IMG/VR virus record: IMGVR_UViG_3300036760_001167
Span: 42,511-106,510 of that record
Direction: 5' to 3' (one strand)
DNA: 64,000 nt
DNA from: a virus
The notes beneath the pieces were generated by a model. That model did not search any database. It saw only the letters and a list, made by a program, of their open reading frames with translations, and was not told the origin of the DNA. This document shows positions 57,051-64,000 of the stretch, in pieces. The position numbers and the translations under genes were made by a program. The number at the start of each line of letters is the position of its first letter. The first letter of the stretch is position 1.

Positions 57051-57695
57051 TCACCACTCGCGCCTCTTGACGTACGCCATGGCCTCCTCCGGCGACAGCG
57101 ACGACACGTAGGTCGACGTCGTCGCGAGGTTGGAGTGGCCGAGCAGCCGCTGGATCATCGGCATCGGCACACCCTCCCGGACGAGCTCGACGGTGAACGA
57201 GTGCCGGAAGGCGTGGGGGTGAACGCGCCGGTCGATCCCGGCCTCGCGCGCCGCCTGGTGCAGGAAGTCGCGCGCGTAGCTCGCGCGCATCGGCTCGCCG
57301 GTCCTCGTGCAGAAGATGGTCGCGTTGGCGCGGACCGCGGGCCAGCGCTGCCGACGGACGGACAGCCACTGCGAGATCCGCTCGGAGCACTGCACGTCGA
57401 CGGCGACCGTCCTGGACTTGCCGCCCTTGCCGCGGAGCACGCGGAGCTCGTTCCGCTCGGCGTCGAAGTCCGTCGGCCGCAGCGCCAGCGCCTCCGAGAT
57501 CCTGAGGCCCGCGCGCCAGAGCGTCACGACGAGCGCGCGGTTGCGGACCTCGACCGGAGTGACCCCGCGCAGCGCGCGGAGGATGGCCTGGATCTCCTCC
57601 TTGCGGAGCGCCTGCGCCGGGTAGTGCTGGCCGTACGTCGGCGACGGGTTCGCCGGGTCCTTCGGCGGCGCGGGCTCCTTGTGTTTCCTCGGCAC
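57051..57695 (-). CDS. Minimal tyrosine recombinase (catalytic domain only, 214 aa)
   Basis: GLRISEAL, KGGKSR, HAFRHS, LGHSNLATTSTY. Confidence 0.9.
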   Translation of the reverse strand: MPRKHKEPAPPKDPANPSPTYGQHYPAQALRKEEIQAILRALRGVTPVEVRNRALVVTLWRAGLRISEALALRPTDFDAERNELRVLRGKGGKSRTVAVDVQCSERISQWLSVRRQRWPAVRANATIFCTRTGEPMRASYARDFLHQAAREAGIDRRVHPHAFRHSFTVELVREGVPMPMIQRLLGHSNLATTSTYVSSLSPEEAMAYVKRREW

Positions 57696-57697
57696 CG

Positions 57698-58174
57698 TCA
57701 GACCGCCTGCGCCCCGAGCTCCTTGAGGACCTCGTCCAGCTCGAACATCCCGGGCGGGACCTCCCCGATCGCCGGCTCCTCCGTCGCCCGGCGCGCGACG
57801 ACCAGGTCCGCGCCTCCGTCGCGCAGCGCCACGCCGATCACGATGGTCCAGCCCTGGGCGACGAGCTCGTCGACGGACCCGCCGCGGTAGCCGCCGAAGA
57901 CCGCGACGTTGCACACGCGCATGACCTCCGCCGCGTCGACCGCGGGCTCGGCCGCGTAGGCCCACCCGAAGTGCTGGTCCTCGAACATCCCGAGCATCGA
58001 CGACCATCCCTGGTGCACCTCGTCCGGCGCGCAGATCGACAGCACGAGCTCGCGCGCCGGGCCGACGTCGCCGAGCAGCGCGACCCGGCCGCCGGCCGGC
58101 ATCGAGTCCAGCAGGTCGGCGGTGCTCGCGAACACGCGCGCCGCCTCCCACACGTTCTCCTGGTCCAGGCTCAC
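57698..58174 (-). CDS. Hypothetical protein
   Basis: RBS, codon bias. Confidence 0.6.
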   Translation of the reverse strand: MSLDQENVWEAARVFASTADLLDSMPAGGRVALLGDVGPARELVLSICAPDEVHQGWSSMLGMFEDQHFGWAYAAEPAVDAAEVMRVCNVAVFGGYRGGSVDELVAQGWTIVIGVALRDGGADLVVARRATEEPAIGEVPPGMFELDEVLKELGAQAV

Positions 58175-58355
58175 TCCTCGTCCTCCCCGTCTGTTGGCTC
58201 TTCCACCACGTCAAGGTCTTCCTCGAGCTCCTGTAGCTGCCCCTGGACGGCCCGTCGCTCGTCCTGGCCGCGCGCCCGCGCGCGCTGCGTGCGGCTGTCC
58301 TGGTGCACCGTGGAGGCGCGCAGGACGTGCCTGCCGCCCGTGCCCCTCCGTCGCT

Positions 58356-58535
58356 TCACCCGCGCGGCCTCACGATCACGACGGCGGACTCGGCGCGGTA
58401 GTTCCGCTGCATCGCCGCCTCCTCCGACATGACGGTGAAGGGCTGCTCCGGGTGCCTGCAGGTCGGCGCCGGATCCGCGTGCGGCTGCTCGACGGTGTGC
58501 CCGCACTCCGGGCACGAGAACACGTACGCCGTCAC
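58356..58535 (-). CDS. FmdB-like zinc-ribbon protein
   Basis: YVFSCPECGH...C...MQRNY. Confidence 0.6.
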   Translation of the reverse strand: MTAYVFSCPECGHTVEQPHADPAPTCRHPEQPFTVMSEEAAMQRNYRAESAVVIVRPRG

Positions 58536-58801
58536 GGCCCCGCCCGGAACAGGTCCTCGAGCTCCGCGCGGGTCGGCTCGTGGGCCCGCTGCTGCTCCTC
58601 CTCCCACCGGCCGAGCTGATAGCGGAGCTTGTTCGCCTCGTGCCACAGGCGGAACCTCCCTACAGGCTTGACGGGGACGAACTCCTGGCCGCACTCCGGC
58701 TCGCCGCAGAACCAGCGGACGTACGGCCCAGGCTGCCGCTGCGGCGGGATGCGCTCGACGCGCACGACGACGTCGTGATCGCACATCCCGCCGCCACGGC
58801 C

Positions 58802-59122
58802 TCAGACGCCCTTGGAGTGCCAGTACGACGCCATGCCGCCGGTGGCGACGCCGGTGAGCACCTGGCCCGTCGTCGCGTTCAGCGTCGCGTCCGCGAAGCG
58901 CGGCACCAGCGCGATCACCGGGGCGATCGTGTTGATGTTGAACAGCACGCACGACGCGACCGCGATGCCCATGGCCAGCCCGATCCAGAGGTACTTGGGC
59001 AGCGGGGCGTTCGGGTCCTTCTCGAAGATGTGCCTCACCCCGTCGACCAGCTTGGTGTCGCCGATCGCGAGCGGCCCGAAGGCCAGCACGAACGCGGCGA
59101 TCACCGCGGTTACCTGCTCCAT
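58802..59122 (-). CDS. Holin-like membrane protein
   Basis: Three hydrophobic segments; at end of lysis module. Confidence 0.65.
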   Translation of the reverse strand: MEQVTAVIAAFVLAFGPLAIGDTKLVDGVRHIFEKDPNAPLPKYLWIGLAMGIAVASCVLFNINTIAPVIALVPRFADATLNATTGQVLTGVATGGMASYWHSKGV

Positions 59123-59440
59123 CCCTTGTCTCCCTTCCTCTCCCCAGGCCTCAGCGGCCTGCCGGCTTCTCGTCGTCGGCGAGGGCGGCCTTCAGTGCGG
59201 CGCCCGTCTCCGGCGGTAGGTGCTCCACGAAGCGCATGTGGCGCTCCTTCACGCGGCCCTCGAACGCCTCGAGGTTCGCGGCCTCGTGCTCGTCGCGCTC
59301 CCGCCAGCCCTTGTCCAGGCGGGCAACCAGCCGCTCCTCGAGGTCTCGCATCCCGCGGTCGACGCCTCGCGCGATGATGACCGGGACCACGAGCGACACG
59401 AGGACGATCAGGCCTCCAGTGACGAGCCACTCGAACCCGG

Positions 59441-59968
59441 TCACGCCGCCCCAGCCTCCTGCGCCCGCCGCGCGGTGACCTCCTCGGCCAGCGCGGCGAT
59501 TCGCTCGCGCGTCGACTCGAGGGTAGCGAGCGCCTCGGTCGAGGCCTCCTTCCCCTGGGCGTGCAGCATGTCGACCACCTCCGACAGCGCCACCAGCTCC
59601 CGCCTCGAGGAGGCGAGCGCCTCCTCCTTCAGGGTCGTGATGTTCGAGTTCACGAGCCCGTGGATGACCGCCTGCCCGGCGCTGAGGTCGTCGAGCTTCC
59701 CCTCCTGGGTCTTCGTCGCCTTCACGAGCAGCGCGGCCGCCTCCGCCTTGACGCGAACCGAGTCAGCCTTCGCCGCGACCTCGTCCTGCCTGGCCCAGTC
59801 CTCGCGCTTGTCCGCCCGGCGCTGCCGCCCGACGATGAGCGAGCCTCCCAGCTGGCCCACCAACGCCAGGACCCCGACGACGGCCGCGACCTTCAGCGCG
59901 GAGTCAGGCGGCGCGACCGCCGCGCCGACGGCCGACCAAGCCGCGACGACAAGGACCGGGTGGGCCAT
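59441..59968 (-). CDS. Membrane-anchored coiled-coil protein (lysis module)
   Basis: N-terminal TM segments; IHGLVNS motif; heptad-like tail. Confidence 0.6.
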   Translation of the reverse strand: MAHPVLVVAAWSAVGAAVAPPDSALKVAAVVGVLALVGQLGGSLIVGRQRRADKREDWARQDEVAAKADSVRVKAEAAALLVKATKTQEGKLDDLSAGQAVIHGLVNSNITTLKEEALASSRRELVALSEVVDMLHAQGKEASTEALATLESTRERIAALAEEVTARRAQEAGAA

Positions 59969-60432
59969 TAGCCGATCGACCTCCCCCACTCCGTGCCGCG
60001 CTGGCGGCGCACGGTCGGCAGCGCCTCCGCCGCGTTGCTTCCCGTCCCCCACGGCGACGCCGCGAGGGCCGCCGCCATCGCGTCCGCGCTGTCGGCGCGG
60101 TCGATGGCCGCGAGCAGGTCCGGGTAGTTCCCGTTCCTGAGGGTGTCCGCGATCGCCCGCTCGCCGGTCCGCGCGTCGGGGTAGTTCCGGACGTGCATGC
60201 CGGACCCGAAGGTGTTGTACCAGGTCGAGCCCGGCACGTCGCGGGTCGTGGCGAACAGGTTGTACCGCGCGCCCTGGTCGGGCCGGCCGTCGCACGGCTT
60301 CTCGCCGAACTCGCCGCGGCCCCACGCGAGCATGAACGTCACGCGGCGGTACGTCTTGGCCGCGGTCCACGGCGCGAGGCCGTAGCCGAGCTCGCGCAGG
60401 ACGCCGCGGCAGAACTGGCCCCTGGTCGTCAC
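59968..60432 (-). CDS. Lysozyme-like peptidoglycan hydrolase
   Basis: AW..GE, YNLFATT, VRNYP...G..A...TL.NG.Y, SPWGT. Confidence 0.6.
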   Translation of the reverse strand: MTTRGQFCRGVLRELGYGLAPWTAAKTYRRVTFMLAWGRGEFGEKPCDGRPDQGARYNLFATTRDVPGSTWYNTFGSGMHVRNYPDARTGERAIADTLRNGNYPDLLAAIDRADSADAMAAALAASPWGTGSNAAEALPTVRRQRGTEWGRSIG

Positions 60433-61214
60433 GCGGCGAGCGCCTTCTTCCAGTCCTTCGGGTACGCCGCGGGGAGCGGGAGCATCGTGATCGGGCGGCC
60501 GGTCGCCAGGCCGGCGACGCTGCCGAGCGCGACGAGCAGGTCGTTCATGTTCTCGCCGTACGCCGTGCGCTCGCCCTCGATGCTGTGGCTCGCGGAGTCC
60601 CACGCGACCGAGCCGCGGCCGTCGGACCAGCCGATCTCGATGCAGGAGTACATGTCCCACAGGACGTCGTCGACCGTGACGTGGTCGCCGTTCGCGTAGC
60701 CGCCGCGCGTGCGGTAGTGCTCCGCGAAGAAGACCTTGAGCCCGCGGCCCGGCCCGTCGAGCAGCTCGTAGACCGCCATGTCCGAGCCGAACGTGGACGT
60801 CCCGCTCGGGCGGCCGACGTTCAGGATGACCGCGTTCCCGATCGGGTAGACCGGCCCGCTGCCGCAGTAGTCCACGCCCCCGTTGATCCGGGCCGCGGAG
60901 ATGTTGGCGTCGCGGAACGGGTCGAGGTACGAGGGGACGATCGGGATCCGGCGCATCTTCAGCATCTCGGAGGAGCTCGCCGAGCGGACGTGGACGGACA
61001 CGCCGACCGCGACCTTGCCCAGGACCTCGCGGACGAGCTTGGCCGCCTCGGCCCGCGACGTGACCGTGTGCGTGTACGGGCCGCGGACGACGATGAACGG
61101 CCCGGACTGCTTCGCGATCGCCGCCTCGGCCCAGTCGGCCGTCGCGGCGAAGCCCATCGGCAGCGACGGGTTCCCGTCGTGCTTCACGTGCGTGAACAGC
61201 TTTTCTGCGCTCAA
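60429..61214 (-). CDS. Endolysin-like protein, M23 peptidase-like domain
   Basis: RINGGVDY, VYPIGNA, VFFAEH, IEIGW; in lysis module. Confidence 0.55.
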   Translation of the reverse strand: MSAEKLFTHVKHDGNPSLPMGFAATADWAEAAIAKQSGPFIVVRGPYTHTVTSRAEAAKLVREVLGKVAVGVSVHVRSASSSEMLKMRRIPIVPSYLDPFRDANISAARINGGVDYCGSGPVYPIGNAVILNVGRPSGTSTFGSDMAVYELLDGPGRGLKVFFAEHYRTRGGYANGDHVTVDDVLWDMYSCIEIGWSDGRGSVAWDSASHSIEGERTAYGENMNDLLVALGSVAGLATGRPITMLPLPAAYPKDWKKALAA

Positions 61215-61245
61215 GGGAGCCCTCCCGGGTGTCTCTATGCCGATC

Positions 61246-62292
61246 CTACACCGGCCGGCCGCGCTCCTCCGCGCGGAGCCGCTCGAGCCGCCCGAAGTAG
61301 GAGATGAACTGCGGGCCAACGCGCTCGGCCGAGAACCGCTCCGCGGACCGGCGCACCGCGGCGCGGTCGAGGGTCCCCGCCAGCCGGACCGCGTCCTCGA
61401 ACTCGCCGAGGGAGCTGCACCTGAAGCCCGAGACCCCGTGCTCGACCGTCTCGGGGAACGCGCCCCAGTCCGTCGTGATCGCGGGCGTGCCGCACAGCTG
61501 GGACTCGACCGCCACCGCGCCGAAGGCCTCGACGTAGAGCGTCGGCATCAGCGTCGCGGCGGCCGCGCCCATCAGGCGCGCCCGCTCGGCCGGCCCGACC
61601 ACCCCGACGAACTCGGCGCCGGCCGGGATGAGCTCCTTCTCGCCGAAGCCGGCCACGACCAGCGGCAGCCCCGTCCGCTTCGCGGTCTCGACCACGACCT
61701 CGAGGCCCTTGCGCCGCGTGAGCCGCCCGACGTAGAGCAGGTACCCGCCGGCGCCGTCGCCGACCGCGAAGTCGCCGAGCTCGAACGCGTACGGGACCAC
61801 CGCGTCGTAGAACGAGCCGTCCGCGTCGTAGGACGTCTGCTGCCAGCCCTGCACGCAGGCGCGCCACGCCTGCGACTTGAACACGCGGTCCCTGACGGCG
61901 GAGCCGGAGTAGCCGATGAACGGCTCCACGGTCTCGAGGTGCCGGACCGCCTCCGCGACCGGCCACTGCGCCCAGCTCGAGATGCAGACCAGGTCGCCGA
62001 GGCCGGACCGCTCCGCGATCGCCGCCGCGGCGCGGCCGTTGAACAGCCTCCAGCCCGGGTGCCCGGGGTCGTACGGCGGGACCCTGTCCGGGAAGTACCG
62101 CGCCTGCTCCTCCCGCGTGATGCACGGGACGAGGGCCGCCCGCGCCTCGGTCTCCTCCCCCGCGTAGAGCGTCACCTCGTGGCCCGCGTCGCTCATCATG
62201 TTGCAGAAGACGCGGACCTCGTTCGTGAACGCGCACCAGCTGAACGCCCTCGTGACCTGCGTGTGGGGCAGCCCCACCACGTGGAACCTCAT
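61246..62292 (-). CDS. GT-B (family 4-like) glycosyltransferase
   Basis: LLYVGRL..RKG, PTLYVEAFG..VES..CGTP.ITTDWGAF.ETV. Confidence 0.9.
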   Translation of the reverse strand: MRFHVVGLPHTQVTRAFSWCAFTNEVRVFCNMMSDAGHEVTLYAGEETEARAALVPCITREEQARYFPDRVPPYDPGHPGWRLFNGRAAAAIAERSGLGDLVCISSWAQWPVAEAVRHLETVEPFIGYSGSAVRDRVFKSQAWRACVQGWQQTSYDADGSFYDAVVPYAFELGDFAVGDGAGGYLLYVGRLTRRKGLEVVVETAKRTGLPLVVAGFGEKELIPAGAEFVGVVGPAERARLMGAAAATLMPTLYVEAFGAVAVESQLCGTPAITTDWGAFPETVEHGVSGFRCSSLGEFEDAVRLAGTLDRAAVRRSAERFSAERVGPQFISYFGRLERLRAEERGRPV

Positions 62293-62318
62293 CGCCTTAC
62301 CTCCGTCCGGTTGTTTGG

Positions 62319-64000
62319 TTATGCGAGCGGGATCTGGACCACCAGCCCGGCGGACCCGGCCGCGGCGTCTTCCGCGTCGGGCGTGACTGACACCTCGATG
62401 GCGATGGACCCATACACGCTGCTGGTGGTTGCCCAAGTGAACGCCGTCAGGTCATCGAGGATGTGGTACGCGACCTCCAGCGTTCCGCAGCCGGCGGCCT
62501 GGTTCAGCTCCGTGGCCTCCACGTGGTTCGCCGGCGCGGTGACGTTCGCGGCAGCGACGATGTTGGCCAGGTACTCGAGGGTGAAGTTCTGCACTCCCGC
62601 GAACGCCGCGAGGGCCGTGACGGTCGGCGTCGTCGTCGCGGTTCCTGCCTTGGTGGTCGCTTGGACTGAGCCGAGCATCGTCGTCCCGAAGGTCCTGACG
62701 TCGGCGATGCACCCAATCTGCGTGCCGCCGAAGGTCCCGGCCGTGATGACCCCGGCGACGGAGGACGCGGCCGTGATCGCGAACACCGTGAGGCGGTTGA
62801 CGTTGCGCGTGCCGTCGCTGTTGAACGTGATGGTCGCGACCTGCGAGTACGCCGCGTTCCACCCGTTCGTCCCGGACATCGCCGGAACGTTCGGCGTCGC
62901 GCCGACCATCTGCGTGTGGATCGCGACGAAGTAGACGGTCCCCGAGACCGGAGTGATGCTGGCTGTCGAGTACGCCGTTCGGTCGACGGGATCGATGATG
63001 GAGCCAGGCGAAGCCATGCTCGCGGCGTGGCGGAATCCGTAGTTGTGGGCTCCCTGGGCTCCGCCGTTCACATTGACCGTTCCGATCGCCGTCAACGTGT
63101 CGTAGAGCAGGACGACGAGCCCGCCGCCGCCGCCGCCGCCTGCTCCGCCTCCGTCCTTGTCCGCGGCGCTCTTGCGGCCGGTCGCGCCGGCGCCGCCGTT
63201 CGCCTGGATGGTCCCGCTCGTGTTGTTGAGGGTCCGGGCCGCGATGACGACCTGGCCTCCGCCGCCGCCTCCGCCCCCGCCCGTCAGCCCCTTGGTCCCC
63301 GCGCCTCCGCCGCCGCCCGCGCCGCCGCCATAGATCTTGATGCTGGCGCCGGACCAGTAGTGGCCGAGCAGCGCGGTGGTCATGTCGTGCAGGGGTCGGG
63401 CGAGGCCGACGGCGCCGCCGCCGCCGATGGCTGCGGCCGGGATGGAGGACCCGCCGCCGCCGCCCGCCCCGCCGAGCGCAGGCTGGTTGCTAGTTCCTAC
63501 GGCGCCCTCGACGGCGCCCCCGCCGCCGAAGTCGATCCCGCTTCCGGCGAACCTGTTGGCGTTCCCCAGTGCGGCTCCGCCGGTCGAGTTGATCCCGTCG
63601 CTCCCGTCCCACTTGATAGTCCCGTTGTTCGTGAGGGTGCCGGTGGCGAAGACTCCCCAGCCCGACGTGATGACGGCGACGCCGGCGTTGACCGTGATGT
63701 TGTGCCCGAACACGTCCCGCGTCATGGTGTAGACCGTGTTCGCGCCGGCGCCCGTCCGCGTCGCGTCCGCCGTCGTAGCTCCGTCCTGCGCGAAGGTCAG
63801 GTCTCCGTCGGAAGCATCGCCGTACGGGTCGAGCCTGCCGCCTCCGGGTCCGCCAGTTCCGCCGGTCCCGCCCGAGCCTCCCGTCCCGCCGGTGCCTCCG
63901 GCGGCCCCCGTTCCGCCCGTCCCGCCCGTGCCGCCGCTGCCTCCGGTGCCGCCCGCGGAGCCGGGACCGCCGGTGCCTCCCGTGCCTCCCGCCCCACCGG
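62319..64000 (-). CDS. Gly-rich tail fibre/minor tail protein (5' end outside window)
   Basis: Open to window edge; GGT collagen-like repeats at ~63840-64000, YGD.SDGD motif, Gly-rich domain. Confidence 0.75.
   Translation of the reverse strand, partial: GGAGGTGGTGGPGSAGGTGGSGGTGGTGGTGAAGGTGGTGGSGGTGGTGGPGGGRLDPYGDASDGDLTFAQDGATTADATRTGAGANTVYTMTRDVFGHNITVNAGVAVITSGWGVFATGTLTNNGTIKWDGSDGINSTGGAALGNANRFAGSGIDFGGGGAVEGAVGTSNQPALGGAGGGGGSSIPAAAIGGGGAVGLARPLHDMTTALLGHYWSGASIKIYGGGAGGGGGAGTKGLTGGGGGGGGGQVVIAARTLNNTSGTIQANGGAGATGRKSAADKDGGGAGGGGGGGLVVLLYDTLTAIGTVNVNGGAQGAHNYGFRHAASMASPGSIIDPVDRTAYSTASITPVSGTVYFVAIHTQMVGATPNVPAMSGTNGWNAAYSQVATITFNSDGTRNVNRLTVFAITAASSVAGVITAGTFGGTQIGCIADVRTFGTTMLGSVQATTKAGTATTTPTVTALAAFAGVQNFTLEYLANIVAAANVTAPANHVEATELNQAAGCGTLEVAYHILDDLTAFTWATTSSVYGSIAIEVSVTPDAEDAAAGSAGLVVQIPLA

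Noticed and set aside
1-64000. Retron, DGR or other reverse-transcriptase system
   Set aside because: No reverse transcriptase motifs in any credible ORF, and no template/variable repeat pair seen.

Overview
This window is part of a very GC-rich (roughly 70-75%) tailed-phage genome. An Actinomycetota host is likely, judging from GC content, leaderless promoters and actinophage-type TerS, RuvC and lysis genes. Almost everything is transcribed from the minus strand. In transcription order (64 kb to 1) it contains: the end of a Gly-rich tail protein, a glycosyltransferase, a lysis module, a minimal tyrosine recombinase, a metallophosphoesterase and a 21-tRNA cluster; then an early/accessory region (ATP-dependent ligase, GGCT/amidoligase/GATase module, DUF932); then nucleotide and replication genes (TS-family enzyme, RNase H, NDT, Pol A, RuvC, SNF2, dCMP deaminase, NrdJ, UDG-like, Cas4-like exonuclease, Sak4, SSB, MazG/HD hydrolases, primase-helicase); then small genes, HNH, an adenine MTase, a cos-like repeat region, TerS, a J-domain protein, TerL and a ~900-nt structured non-coding region. 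The best candidate for an undescribed system is a set of apparent 'decoy' proteins outside the structural operon. One is a 217-aa HK97-fold capsid homolog lacking the N-arm, E-loop and most of the A-domain (7517-8170). The other is a 767-aa protein that strings together short signature motifs of portal, capsid, prohead protease, tail tube, terminase and HNH proteins (39756-42059), largely the protein classes that bacterial immune sensors detect. Also notable are a promoter-driven ~900-nt structured RNA with a duplicated stem cassette, a circularly permuted YrlA-like tRNA mimic inside the tRNA array, many anticodon-loop deviations in the tRNAs, and a TS-family enzyme with the dCMP-type Asp. All family calls are by-eye motif recognition, and reference motifs are recalled from memory; no database searches were run.
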